DNA of 64,000 nt from an uncultured archaeon. Its GTDB lineage: Archaea; Asgardarchaeota; Lokiarchaeia; Sigyniarchaeales; SOKP01. A model generated the notes under the pieces. It was not told the DNA's origin, ran no database searches, and worked only from the letters and a program-made list of their open reading frames with translations. Each line of letters begins with the position of its first letter. Position 1 is the first letter of the stretch. Position numbers and translations under genes: made by a program. The DNA is taken from contig CAYUTF010000005.1 of assembly GCA_964447495.1 (NCBI GenBank), forward strand, positions 2,240 to 66,239. The letters run 5' to 3'. Below, piece after piece: positions 50,136-60,321 of this stretch.

Positions 50136-51626
50136 TTGATAATTTTGTCGAATATGAATATAATTCACACCTTTTTATATCCTAAATCAGTTGCTGTAAT
50201 AGGTGCTTCGAAAAATCCCTTAAAAGGAGGGAATCGAATTGTAAATAATCTTGTGAACAATAAATTTAATGGTAAGGTTTACCCAGTAAATCCAAATGCC
50301 AGTGGAGAGATTTATGGATTGGAATTCAAAACCTCGGTGTTAGATATCGATGATGATGTTGATCTTGCTATTTTTTACGTTCCAAATCGCATGATTCCTA
50401 ATTTATTGAAAGAGTGTATTACAAAAGGCATAAAAGGAGCCATCATTGAGGCGTCTGGATTTGAAGAAGTTGGTGAATTAGGTCTTCAACTTAGAGATGA
50501 AATTCTGGAAATAACTGATAATTTCAACAAGATTAAAATAGTTGGTCCGAATTGCATGGGATTGACTAGAATAGATCATAACAGTAATTCTGAAAATAAG
50601 GGAGGTTTTTTCAGTAGTTTTGGTGTCTTTTCATATTACAATACAGGAAATATTGCAGTAATAAGTCAATCTGGGATGCTTAATGGAGGTTATTTAATGC
50701 ATATCTTCGCTAAATATCCTAAAATAGGTTTCAGATACTCTATTTCAATTGGAAATAAAATGGATCTAGGAGAAAATGAATTCTTAGAGTATTTAATTGA
50801 CGATCCTAAGATAAATGTAATTGCTATTTATTTAGAATCTTTTAAAGACCCTAGAAAGTTCCTTGAATTATGTAAAAAAGTAAAAATCAGGCATGATAAG
50901 ACTATAATTCTTGTCAAAGGCGGAGTTTCGAAACTAGGACAAAAAGCCGCACACAGTCATACTGGAACTCTTGCTGAAAATTCTAGGTTAATTAATGCTG
51001 TTATTAAACAGGCAGGTATTATTCAGGCAAATAGTTTTCATGAATTATTTCAATATGCTCAAACTTTTTCAATGATATATGCAACTAAGAAAAGTTTTCC
51101 AATCAAGGGGAATGCAGCGATGGTTGCCGGTTCGGGAGGAGCAGGTACTATAACAGCAGATTTAACCAATAAACATGGGTTAGATTTTCCAATGTTAAGT
51201 AAAGAAACATATGATATACTGTTGAGTGTTTTTCCCGAATGGATGCCCCCAAATAGGTTTTCATTAGTTGATATTTGGCCTGCTATGGAAAAAGCGATGA
51301 TGAATGACGTAAATCCACAGGTTGTAACTGCTAAGGTTTATAAAGCATTAGTAGCTGATAGTGATATTGAAGGGGTGTTCAATATGTTATTTTGCTCACC
51401 GCTATATCGTCAATTTAATAATTTAGAAAATATCATAGACGAGCTAAGATATAACCCTAAACCTTTCTTTTTTTGGTTAATAGGCGATAAAAAAGAAGTA
51501 GAAAAAACATCGCGCTTTTTAAGTGAACATGATATCCCAGATTTTCCAAGTTTGGAAGATATGGTTAAAAATTTTGAAATTTTGGTACAAGAAGCAAGAA
51601 ATAAGGATAATACAAAGGGTAAATAG
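50136..51626 (+). CDS. ADP-forming acyl-CoA synthetase alpha-type subunit (CoA-binding plus CoA-ligase domains)
   Basis: FLYPKSVAVIGASKNPLKGGNRIV...KVYPVNPN...DLAIFYVPNRMIPNLLKECITKGIKGAIIEASGF and GPNCMGL. Confidence 0.75.
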   Translation: MIILSNMNIIHTFLYPKSVAVIGASKNPLKGGNRIVNNLVNNKFNGKVYPVNPNASGEIYGLEFKTSVLDIDDDVDLAIFYVPNRMIPNLLKECITKGIKGAIIEASGFEEVGELGLQLRDEILEITDNFNKIKIVGPNCMGLTRIDHNSNSENKGGFFSSFGVFSYYNTGNIAVISQSGMLNGGYLMHIFAKYPKIGFRYSISIGNKMDLGENEFLEYLIDDPKINVIAIYLESFKDPRKFLELCKKVKIRHDKTIILVKGGVSKLGQKAAHSHTGTLAENSRLINAVIKQAGIIQANSFHELFQYAQTFSMIYATKKSFPIKGNAAMVAGSGGAGTITADLTNKHGLDFPMLSKETYDILLSVFPEWMPPNRFSLVDIWPAMEKAMMNDVNPQVVTAKVYKALVADSDIEGVFNMLFCSPLYRQFNNLENIIDELRYNPKPFFFWLIGDKKEVEKTSRFLSEHDIPDFPSLEDMVKNFEILVQEARNKDNTKGK

Positions 51627-51653
51627 CTCTGTATAATACTTTGATTTCTTAAT

Positions 51654-52361
51654 TTAAAGAGAATAGCATACATTTTCTGTACTATTATTCTCTATTTTTA
51701 ATATTTCCTTCTTTAGAAATAAACTTCTAAAAAATTCTACATTATTTATCATTGGAGGTAAGGGGGGCAAATTTACTCCTCCAGATTTTAAATAGTATAA
51801 CCTTGGAATCAACCCAATGAGATCTCTATATGAAGTCACCATTTTCATGATTTTATGCCAAGACTGCCCCGCTTTAAAATTAACATCATTAGTTAATTCA
51901 AAATACACAATATCTAAATTTAGAAATAAGAAGACTTCTTTTTTTACATCATAAATCTTCTGAAGACGAGTTATAATATTCTTTTTTAATGAATCATATT
52001 CTAATCCAATTTGATGGTTTATCACTTCAAGGATTTTTGCTAAAACCAAAGCTGCTGTATCGTTATGAATAACCCAATTTATAGGCACTAATGAGAGTTT
52101 GGGGAATAATCTTGAAATAACCTCAATACTTATACTCCTCACCAGAGAGCTCTCATCAGATAGCATGCAATTTTCAAGAATTTTGAAAATATATGCTCCT
52201 TTTAATTCTAATTTACCTATAATCTCAATGCATTTGGTTCGTATATGGATATTATCACTTTTTTCTAATAATGAAATTAGAATATCAGTAGCAGCTTTTT
52301 GATTTAAATTGTCTTTTAATACTTCATAATACACTTTTTCGGGGGTATATTTCTCTTCCAT
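51654..52361 (-). CDS. Hypothetical HEAT-like repeat protein
   Basis: The N-terminal half has HEAT-like units (IRTKCIEIIGKLELKGAYIFKILENCMLSDESSLVRSISIEVISRLF). It lies 133 nt downstream of the MglA-like GTPase on the same strand. Confidence 0.4.
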   Translation of the reverse strand: MEEKYTPEKVYYEVLKDNLNQKAATDILISLLEKSDNIHIRTKCIEIIGKLELKGAYIFKILENCMLSDESSLVRSISIEVISRLFPKLSLVPINWVIHNDTAALVLAKILEVINHQIGLEYDSLKKNIITRLQKIYDVKKEVFLFLNLDIVYFELTNDVNFKAGQSWHKIMKMVTSYRDLIGLIPRLYYLKSGGVNLPPLPPMINNVEFFRSLFLKKEILKIENNSTENVCYSL

Positions 52362-52494
52362 ATTTAATGATCAAATACTATAAACGTAATTAAATTGTAT
52401 ATTGTTTTGTTTATTGATGATAAAGAATCTAAGATAGCCATTTAATCTTATCCATAAAAGAATAGAAAAAAAATGAAAGAAATATGTAAAAAAG

Positions 52495-53154
52495 TCAATG
52501 AATTGCTGAAACTAATTGGTTCTTGTATAGTTGCTTAAATACTAAACTCAAAATCTCTTCGAATGAATCTAAGATTCCCTCTCCGTTAAGAGCAATGGTG
52601 TTTTTGATATTAATATTCTTGTATTTATAATAATTAATTTGATCCAGGAATACTTTTGGATTGTATTTACCTTGTACGTCCTGTTTGTTAAATGCGATAA
52701 TTTTTGGGATATCTTCAAATTTGTCTTCATAAAAAGAGCATAATTCATTCCAAGAGGTTAAAGTTCGGTTGAAGGCCTTTTTTTGAGAATCTGCGACAAA
52801 GATTATCCCATCAATTGCTCTTAGGGTAATTGGGCGGGTCACAATATAGAAGTCCTGACCTGTGGTGCTGTAAATATGAATTTTTAATAACCATAGTTCA
52901 TTTTGAAAAGAAATACTACCATAATCAAAAAATAAAGTACGACGTACTGAACTTTCTATTGATTCTAGTTTATTTTCCATTCCAAAATGCTTAAAAAGGG
53001 ATTTAATAGAAGTTGTTTTCCCTGATAAAGCAGGACCGTAATAGACTATTTTAATCTGTATATATTTTTCTAACCAATCAATAATCATAATCAAATAATA
53101 TCTATTTGTTATAATTCTAAAAATAGGTTTATAAAAGACTATTTTTTCAGTCAA
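52495..53154 (-). CDS. MglA-like small GTPase
   Basis: KIVYYGPALSGKTTSIKSL (MglA: KIVYYGPGLCGKTT), RTLFFDY, YSTTGQDFY, DGIIFVADSQ, FNKQDV. The true start is probably an internal Met (MIIDWLEKY...). Confidence 0.8.
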   Translation of the reverse strand: MTEKIVFYKPIFRIITNRYYLIMIIDWLEKYIQIKIVYYGPALSGKTTSIKSLFKHFGMENKLESIESSVRRTLFFDYGSISFQNELWLLKIHIYSTTGQDFYIVTRPITLRAIDGIIFVADSQKKAFNRTLTSWNELCSFYEDKFEDIPKIIAFNKQDVQGKYNPKVFLDQINYYKYKNINIKNTIALNGEGILDSFEEILSLVFKQLYKNQLVSAIH

Positions 53155-53188
53155 TGATAATTATACTCAATAGCATAATAAAGCTTGA

Positions 53189-53338
53189 TTAATCGTCTAT
53201 ATCACTCCCAAACCATAATTTTTTTCCTTTTTTTACCCAATTATCAATTCCAACCTTTTTAATAGCTTTTAAATTTTCTCTACACGAATCACCGCAATAT
53301 AACCCACAATATCCCAGAAATTCTTTTTTAGTTTTCAT
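53189..53338 (-). CDS. Possible small Cys-rich ORF (49 aa)
   Basis: MKTKKEFLGYCGLYCGDSCRENLKAIKKVGIDNWVKKGKKLWFGSDIDD. The GxCGxxCxxC start resembles DUF3795-type proteins but is much shorter. It is below the ORF-track cutoff. Confidence 0.25.
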   Translation of the reverse strand: MKTKKEFLGYCGLYCGDSCRENLKAIKKVGIDNWVKKGKKLWFGSDIDD

Positions 53339-53430
53339 TGTATTTCAAGGTTTAAAAAAAGTCATTATGATTTATATGAATATTGATACTATATGGTTTA
53401 AGACGTGAGTCTGAAAAATAAGATATACAT

Positions 53431-53808
53431 TTAGAGTAAAATTTTGTTATTGTCGACTTTACATGATAATAGAGAGCGTAAAACTAAAATTTCGATCTCT
53501 TTTTTAAGTGTAGCCTCATCAATTTCTAAAGATTCTTCTTCGCTCAATAATTTAAGTAATTCTTCATAGCTGATTTCTTTCTTCTCATTTGAAATGTAAA
53601 AGATTGATTTTAATATCAATTGCTGATTATATAAAGAACGGACATTTGAATCCAGCTGATATAACTTATGAGTTAAATTGTAATTATAACTACTTTCCTT
53701 TTCAATGACTTTTAATTTATCCAATATCATCATTGCTCTTTTATAATGTTCTTTTAGCATTAATTCTTGTACTTCATTTAGCTGGTTGATAAATTCTTGG
53801 GAGTTCAT
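53431..53808 (-). CDS. Hypothetical helical protein with a PCI-like winged-helix C-terminus
   Basis: The C-terminal ISYEELLKLLSEEESLEIDEATLKKEIEILVLRSLLSCKVDNNKIL resembles the WH end of PCI domains. This is pattern level only. Confidence 0.3.
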   Translation of the reverse strand: MNSQEFINQLNEVQELMLKEHYKRAMMILDKLKVIEKESSYNYNLTHKLYQLDSNVRSLYNQQLILKSIFYISNEKKEISYEELLKLLSEEESLEIDEATLKKEIEILVLRSLLSCKVDNNKILL

Positions 53809-54027
53809 TCTGATAATTGTTATTTTTGTTTGAAAATGTATGCATTAAACAATTTTAACTTATTAAGTGAAATATTTCATTCGTTTTTAATTTATTAGTC
53901 TTTAAGGTTTATATGTTCCAATAAATAATGGCTTCCAAAAAGTATTTCATAAAATATTAAGAAACGCTTTAAATAGGAGATTTTATTTATATTAATAAGA
54001 ATAAAATACTTAAAAAGAGGATTTCAA

Positions 54028-54255
54028 ATGGATAAAGAAAAAGTAAAACAAGTTATTGAAAAAATTCGACCACAATTGCAAATGGATGGCGGAGACATTG
54101 AGCTCATAAGCGTTGAGGATGATGGGACTGTACGGGTAAGACTAATGGGCCATTGTGTTGGTTGTATGCATGCACAGCAGACATTAACATATGGTGTTGA
54201 AAAAGCTTTAAAACAGTTTGTTCCTGAAATAAAGCAAGTAGTAAATGTAGCCTAA
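54028..54255 (+). CDS. NifU-like (Nfu C-terminal domain) Fe-S cluster carrier
   Basis: IRPQLQMDGGDIELISVEDDGTVRVRLMGHCVGCMHAQQTL, with the CxxC motif. Confidence 0.85.
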   Translation: MDKEKVKQVIEKIRPQLQMDGGDIELISVEDDGTVRVRLMGHCVGCMHAQQTLTYGVEKALKQFVPEIKQVVNVA

Positions 54256-54470
54256 CTCTATTTTAATTCATTTTTTTTAGCTTTTCATAAATCTAGTTAA
54301 TTTATTTATTTGTTCCAATTATTTATATTCATATTTTAAGTATGTTTACTAAAGTAATTTATTTTCTATTCCTGTGTAAAATTAGAGTATATAAGATATT
54401 TTAATATTCTTTAATAAGTGATTTAAAATATATTAGATCGTATGTGAACTTAATTTAATGTGAGTCATAA

Positions 54471-55469
54471 ATGGAAGAAAAGGAGTTTCGGAATTATTTA
54501 AAAGAAAAAAATGTTGATGAAAATATAATATCTAATTATATTAAAAAACTTCAAAATTATGAAAATTTTCTCAAGAAAGAAGGTAAAACTCTCGAAACTG
54601 TTAACCCAGATGAATTAATAGGATATTCAGACAATCTAGCTTCTACAGATAAAGAATCTGTTCTGGATTTTCTCCGGGCAATCATCAATTATGCTAACTA
54701 TTCGAAGAATTATGATTTTATCGTTAAAGTCATAGATATTTCTGAATCTTTTAACGCAATGGATACTCTATATACACGAATAGCTGAAGTTCACGGTGAA
54801 AATATAAGAAATGATATTTTCAAGGATTTGAATATTCCTGCATTAGGAGTTGATCCCGAAAAGAAACCCGCATTTACAAAAACAATCATGAAACGCGTGG
54901 AAGAAAAATTAGGTGAGGAAGAGTCAATTAATCTTCTTTCACCATGTCTCCACGGAAGACCTCCAGATGATATAGAAGGTGATAAAAAGAAACTCAAAGA
55001 ACTAGGTATTGATGCATTTTTAGAAATGAAACATCAAAAGCTTATTGAAAGGCTTGAAAAGATTCGAGATGAGGGAACGTTAGAATTTGCTCAATACGTA
55101 GATGATAATGTAATAGATTTTGTAAAAAACGATCAAATGTTTGGTGAGGGTATTAGAGAAGGAAATATCATATATGTCAAGAAGTTGCCATACCAAACTA
55201 AAGGATTTCTTAATGCAAAAGAAGAAAACATCAAACGTTTTTACATTTGTTATTGTCCTTGGGTTCGTGGAGCAATGAAAAATAAGTCCGAAGATGAAAG
55301 TTTGCGAAATTTCTGCTATTGCAGTGCTGGTTGGTATAAATTGTATTGGGATCAAATTCTTGAACATCCAATTAAGGCTGAACCTGTAAATACTGCGCTT
55401 GATGGGGCATTAGAGTGCAAAATTGCTTTATATATACCTGAAGAAGCCTTAAGGGCTTATATAAAATAA
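54471..55469 (+). CDS. Hypothetical protein with a Cys-rich C-terminal domain
   Basis: 332 aa with a C-terminal FYICYCPWVRG ... FCYCSAGWYKLYW. No confident family. Confidence 0.4.
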   Translation: MEEKEFRNYLKEKNVDENIISNYIKKLQNYENFLKKEGKTLETVNPDELIGYSDNLASTDKESVLDFLRAIINYANYSKNYDFIVKVIDISESFNAMDTLYTRIAEVHGENIRNDIFKDLNIPALGVDPEKKPAFTKTIMKRVEEKLGEEESINLLSPCLHGRPPDDIEGDKKKLKELGIDAFLEMKHQKLIERLEKIRDEGTLEFAQYVDDNVIDFVKNDQMFGEGIREGNIIYVKKLPYQTKGFLNAKEENIKRFYICYCPWVRGAMKNKSEDESLRNFCYCSAGWYKLYWDQILEHPIKAEPVNTALDGALECKIALYIPEEALRAYIK

Positions 55470-55493
55470 AAAAAAGACTAAATTGAATGCGTT

Positions 55494-56330
55494 TTAAGGA
55501 AGTCCTGCTTTAGGAATCTCAACTTCTACATATTCTATACGACCTTGGTTTCTAGCATGTGTTGAGGTTGCTATAAATAAAGTGGTATTATTAATGCCTC
55601 CTAAGATGCAAGCATAAGCATCATTTTCTAGTTTCACTTTGTGTGTTATTTTTCCTCCTTCTAATACTCGAACACATCTATGTCTTCCTGGAGCAGCAAC
55701 CCATATTCCTCCCTCCTCATCAAGAGATATACCATCTGGTGCTAAAGATCTTAAATTTGCCCATACTCGTCGATTAGTAAGAGTTCCATCTTCATTTATA
55801 TCAAAAGCAGTAAGCCTTGCAGCAAAAGTTTCACTAATTATAAGTGTCTTATCATCAGAAGTTATTACAATGCCATTTGGAAAAGCCATATCCTCTGCAA
55901 CAATTTGAAAATTACCATTTGGGAACACCAAAATTAATTCTGCAGGCACAAATGTTGCATTATTAAAATAATCAAAGCCAAAATTGCCTATATATGCTCT
56001 GCCTTTTTTATCCACGGTCATATCATTTAAGTAAAATGTCGCGTGCTTACTTAAATCTGTCACTTCTTTTACTCCATCGGAATCAAGTCTTAACAACTTA
56101 CGATCTTCCATAGAAACAATTAGCAATTTACCATCAGGTAACCATCCTAACCCCGATACCCGATTCGGTCTTTCGAGGATTAAATCTACATTTCCATTCA
56201 AATCAACCGTAAATACCTTATGATCTTCCATATCGGAAAACCACAACTTATCTTCATGCCATCTTGTACCCTCTGGGAATTTTAAGCCATCCAGAAGAAT
56301 TTTAGTTGTTAGTATTGAAGTTTTACTCAT
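55494..56330 (-). CDS. SMP-30/gluconolactonase/LRE-like six-bladed beta-propeller protein
   Basis: FPEGTRWHEDKLWFSD, FPNGIVITSDDKTLIISET, APDGISLDEEGGIWVA. Confidence 0.8.
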   Translation of the reverse strand: MSKTSILTTKILLDGLKFPEGTRWHEDKLWFSDMEDHKVFTVDLNGNVDLILERPNRVSGLGWLPDGKLLIVSMEDRKLLRLDSDGVKEVTDLSKHATFYLNDMTVDKKGRAYIGNFGFDYFNNATFVPAELILVFPNGNFQIVAEDMAFPNGIVITSDDKTLIISETFAARLTAFDINEDGTLTNRRVWANLRSLAPDGISLDEEGGIWVAAPGRHRCVRVLEGGKITHKVKLENDAYACILGGINNTTLFIATSTHARNQGRIEYVEVEIPKAGLP

Positions 56331-56510
56331 ATATTAGTATGAGATGTATTGATATTTATAAATATAATTTTAAAGCGAGAATAAATGAAATTATATATCT
56401 TATAATTATAAGATTGATGTCAATTCTTCTTCTTAATCATTTTCAAAAAGTTAATTATCTTACGTTAATTAATAACAAATTAATAACCTAATGAAATTTA
56501 AATAAAAATT

Positions 56511-57767
56511 ATGACAGAAAGCAAAAAAAATATCGATGAGAACGATAAAACTTCTGAAGAACAAGGACAAAAAGCAAAGCGTTCAAGAAGAAAATCTGAA
56601 AAAACACGCGGACAAACCTTACAAGAAGCTTTAGGAATTGATGCTCAAGAGATTCAAGATGTTGAAGAGAAATTATTTATTGCCCGATTTATCGATTATT
56701 TTTCTGAAGATCCATTAGATTTTATCTATAAAGACAAAAATACAGAGCAATACTTAAAAAAAGTTAATGAAAAAGTTGCTCAATTAGACAAGGGAAATGA
56801 AGAAGATAAGTTATTAAAGATGAGTTTTGATGATAAACACATCATAGAAACCATCTACAATTTGAAAGGCAAAGCAGAAGCTCTAGCTCAAAGTAAAGGA
56901 ATTAAAGGTTCTGCAGATAAGCGTTTAAGATGGTTAAGTTTAGCAATAACAATACCCATGCTAGCTTTAGTTTTCGTTCTCTCATTATTGAGTATTGACA
57001 TTATCTTTTTGTTTCCAATCTTATGTGTGTTTTGTATAGTACCTCAATTTCTTAGAAGTTATGTGCTAAAAAAGTGGTTTACCTTCAAAGAAGAAAGTAA
57101 GGATGAAATTTACGCTCAAAATCGTGAAGACATAATGGTACTCAAAAGTTTTGTTGGAGAATTACTCAACAATATTAGAGCGAAACTTCTCCAATCAAAG
57201 GTTCCATTAAAGTTAATTAAGTTTGTACTTCATAGTAGGGATTATGAAAATTTGAAATTGTTAAATCAGAGACCTACAAAAGGGTTAACTCAATATTTTT
57301 ATTCTTTTGAATATCCTGAGGGTATGGAACCTTTTTCAATTCCAGAGAGTCTTAAACAATACGATACCCCTATTTTTGAAAAAAAAGAGAAAGATAAACC
57401 AGAAAAGAATTTTGTAATACTAACAGAAATGAAAGGTAAAGATGGGATAATTGAAAGTTTTGTCCCTAGTCTAAGAGAGCATTTAGCTGAGAAGATTAAT
57501 CAGATGCTAAATGAATCTGAATTTTCAAAATCCCCTAAAGAATTCAAAGATATAATTCCTAATTACTCTGAAAATATGGCTATTTTTTGTGTTTGTGGGG
57601 AGATTGTGGAAGTTTCAGACGTTCAAGTGAGTAATTGGAAAGATAAGTTTGAATTTTATTTATTTGAAGGAAAAGAATGTAAATGTGGAGAGACTATATA
57701 TGCTCTTTCATTAATGGATGACTCCACTGACGTTCCAGAAGAGTTAAAAGATATTTTCTTTAGTTAA
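56511..57767 (+). CDS. Hypothetical membrane protein with a K/E-rich N-terminus and a C-terminal zinc-ribbon-like motif
   Basis: Two adjacent TM helices (about aa 145-190) and a C-terminal FCVCGEIVEV...CKCGETIY. Confidence 0.4.
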   Translation: MTESKKNIDENDKTSEEQGQKAKRSRRKSEKTRGQTLQEALGIDAQEIQDVEEKLFIARFIDYFSEDPLDFIYKDKNTEQYLKKVNEKVAQLDKGNEEDKLLKMSFDDKHIIETIYNLKGKAEALAQSKGIKGSADKRLRWLSLAITIPMLALVFVLSLLSIDIIFLFPILCVFCIVPQFLRSYVLKKWFTFKEESKDEIYAQNREDIMVLKSFVGELLNNIRAKLLQSKVPLKLIKFVLHSRDYENLKLLNQRPTKGLTQYFYSFEYPEGMEPFSIPESLKQYDTPIFEKKEKDKPEKNFVILTEMKGKDGIIESFVPSLREHLAEKINQMLNESEFSKSPKEFKDIIPNYSENMAIFCVCGEIVEVSDVQVSNWKDKFEFYLFEGKECKCGETIYALSLMDDSTDVPEELKDIFFS

Positions 57768-57771
57768 ATAT

Positions 57772-59124
57772 TTATTTTCTTTTTTTAATTTTTGAATAAT
57801 AATCATGTAATAATCGAAACCCTCGAACAGCTCTTTCAACTTCATTTTCAAATACAGGAATCTTCAATTCAGAAGCAGACTTTATTACACGCTTAGCACC
57901 CTCACGTTCTGCTTGTATCAATATTGTTATAATCGGTTTTGAAGGATATTTTTCTTTTAATGGTTTGAAAATATCGAAATCAAATTCAATTTCAATAAAA
58001 AATTCAAGAGCTAAAATTAACCCATCCACATTATCATCTCTTAAAAGTGTTTCTGCAGACGTATTGTAAATTCCGCAAATCTTAATACCTATAAACTTTT
58101 CAGGGGGCCAATAATCAACAGGATTGCCATATGCACAAGTACTCCCCCCAATTTTATCTATAATTATATCTCTCGAGCTATTATTTGGTTTAGCTAAACT
58201 CAAATTTTGCTTTCTCATTTCTTTTACTATTAAATGAATTGCTCCAGAACTTGGACCAATTATTCCTAATCTCACTCCTTTGGGCTCTGGACACCAGAGA
58301 AAAATCTTAGCTATTTCAAAGAGTTCAATATAATTTGAAAGAGGTATTCCACCTGCTTGAATTACTGCCTTTTCGCTCTCATCATCCTTTCCCACATAAA
58401 AAAATAACACAGGTTTGAAAGGGGAAATTTTTTTTATAGCTTCAATTAATTCAGGTGTTATCTCTCTTAAGAAAAGTGAAATTACTTTTGTAGTATCATC
58501 TTTTAAAAAAAACTCCAGAATATCAGCTTCATTAATATGATACCCTTTCCCTAAGTGTATTACCTTAGAAATTGGCAACTTTTGTGATGGAGTCCACCAA
58601 CCTAATGCTCCAGCTAAACCACCCGATTGTGCAATAAAACTTATTCCTTCTTTGATATTTTTATTTTCACGCATTATATGTTGTCTGACAGGAATAATGG
58701 AAGTCGTGAAATTATCGATAAAATTAATTATACCCAACATTGACGGTCCAAGATAAGTGATATCATATTTCTCACAAATTTCATTAAGTTTTGAATGTAC
58801 AAGGTTGACATTAGTTCCCGGCTTTAATTCGGTTTGAATTGCTATATACTTAACCCCTTTTTGTCCTAATTGCTCAACAATTTGTATGATATCTTTTCCT
58901 AATACTATTACGGCTAATTCGGGTATTTCTGGTAAATCCTCAAACGAGTGATATGATTTCACCCCCAATATTTCACCTGCATTAGGGTTTAAAATATATA
59001 ATCTTCCTTGATAAAATATCTCTAACAAATTTTTAAGAACCGTATAACTAAATGATAATGCTTTTCGAGATACTCCAATGATTAACACACTTTTTGGATT
59101 AAAGAAGGGTTCGAGATTTTTCAA
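57772..59124 (-). CDS. ADP-forming acyl-CoA synthetase alpha-type subunit paralog
   Basis: FFNPKSVLIIGVSRK...LYILNPN...ELAVIVLGKD...GVKYIAIQT...GPSMLGI. Confidence 0.7.
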   Translation of the reverse strand: MKNLEPFFNPKSVLIIGVSRKALSFSYTVLKNLLEIFYQGRLYILNPNAGEILGVKSYHSFEDLPEIPELAVIVLGKDIIQIVEQLGQKGVKYIAIQTELKPGTNVNLVHSKLNEICEKYDITYLGPSMLGIINFIDNFTTSIIPVRQHIMRENKNIKEGISFIAQSGGLAGALGWWTPSQKLPISKVIHLGKGYHINEADILEFFLKDDTTKVISLFLREITPELIEAIKKISPFKPVLFFYVGKDDESEKAVIQAGGIPLSNYIELFEIAKIFLWCPEPKGVRLGIIGPSSGAIHLIVKEMRKQNLSLAKPNNSSRDIIIDKIGGSTCAYGNPVDYWPPEKFIGIKICGIYNTSAETLLRDDNVDGLILALEFFIEIEFDFDIFKPLKEKYPSKPIITILIQAEREGAKRVIKSASELKIPVFENEVERAVRGFRLLHDYYSKIKKRK

Positions 59125-59219
59125 CGAATTTCATCAAATTGGAAATAAATGACTTATAATAATTATATATGAAAAACCTATAATTAAAAAGTTAAGTTAA
59201 AAAATTAAAAAACAAATGA

Positions 59220-60227
59220 TCATTTTCTATTTAAGGTGTATGCCTCTAATACAAATTCAACTGCTCTTTTTCCATCCTCAAAATTAGGATGCTCATGTTT
59301 ATTTTCAATAATACAATTAATGAAATGTTCAATAAGTTTATCTTGATAATTATTAGAACGCTTTTTTTGCGAGATAGCTTTCTTAATTATTTTGTTAGCT
59401 TTTAACACTTTTGGTTGGCAAGTTAGTGGCTTTTTTGAATGAAAATCTATTCGTAAATTTCCTTCAGTCCCATAAATTTCCATTATTTCCAATGGGTAAT
59501 TACACCATGACACAGAAATCATTCCAAGAATATTATTGTGAAACCTAAGTAAAACATTACAATTATCCTCATATTCCATATTTATACATGAGGTATTAGT
59601 GTTAATTCCATCAATATTTTTATAATCTCCAATTAAATATCGCAATATATCTATACAATGTACGCCTAAATCTAATAAAACACCCCCTCCTGCCATCTTC
59701 GAATCAAAAAACCATTTTTCATCAGATAATGCATTCCACGACTTATAGGGGCCATAATGACTAAAATAATACTTGATAAATATTAATTTTCCAAGAAGTT
59801 CATTATCTACTATTTCTTTGAGTAATGGGAAAATAGGATTATAACGTTTTTGAAAGGAGGTAAAAAAAATAATATCTTTTGCTTTAAGAGCACGTTCTAC
59901 TTCTTCTAATTCCTTATAGGCAGTGCAAATTGGTTTTTCACACAAAATATGGATATTATTATCGAGAGCTTCTAAAACCATTGGAGCATGCAAATAATTT
60001 GGTGTGCAAATACTCACGGCATCTATATCTTCCTTTCTTAACATATCCTTCCAATTATTATCTCCAAAATAAGCTTTTCCGATTGAGAATTTCTCAGCAG
60101 TCTTTTTTGAATGATTTTTAGTCCTTGAGGATATAGCTATTACCTTACATTTAGGATTTTTCATATATCCGGCTAAATGTATTTGCCCAAACCCTCCGGC
60201 TCCGATTAATGCTACTTTTACTTTCAT
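59220..60227 (-). CDS. Gfo/Idh/MocA-family NAD(P)-dependent oxidoreductase
   Basis: MKVKVALIGAGGFGQIHLAGY, AVSICTPNYLHAPM, EKP motif (LCEKPI). Confidence 0.85.
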   Translation of the reverse strand: MKVKVALIGAGGFGQIHLAGYMKNPKCKVIAISSRTKNHSKKTAEKFSIGKAYFGDNNWKDMLRKEDIDAVSICTPNYLHAPMVLEALDNNIHILCEKPICTAYKELEEVERALKAKDIIFFTSFQKRYNPIFPLLKEIVDNELLGKLIFIKYYFSHYGPYKSWNALSDEKWFFDSKMAGGGVLLDLGVHCIDILRYLIGDYKNIDGINTNTSCINMEYEDNCNVLLRFHNNILGMISVSWCNYPLEIMEIYGTEGNLRIDFHSKKPLTCQPKVLKANKIIKKAISQKKRSNNYQDKLIEHFINCIIENKHEHPNFEDGKRAVEFVLEAYTLNRK

Positions 60228-60321
60228 AGTAATTAATAATGAAATTGTTATTATAATATGTAATTATGAAAATGAAAGAAGAATAAAGAGAAAAGAGCTT
60301 ATTACTTTTTTAATGAGCAGT

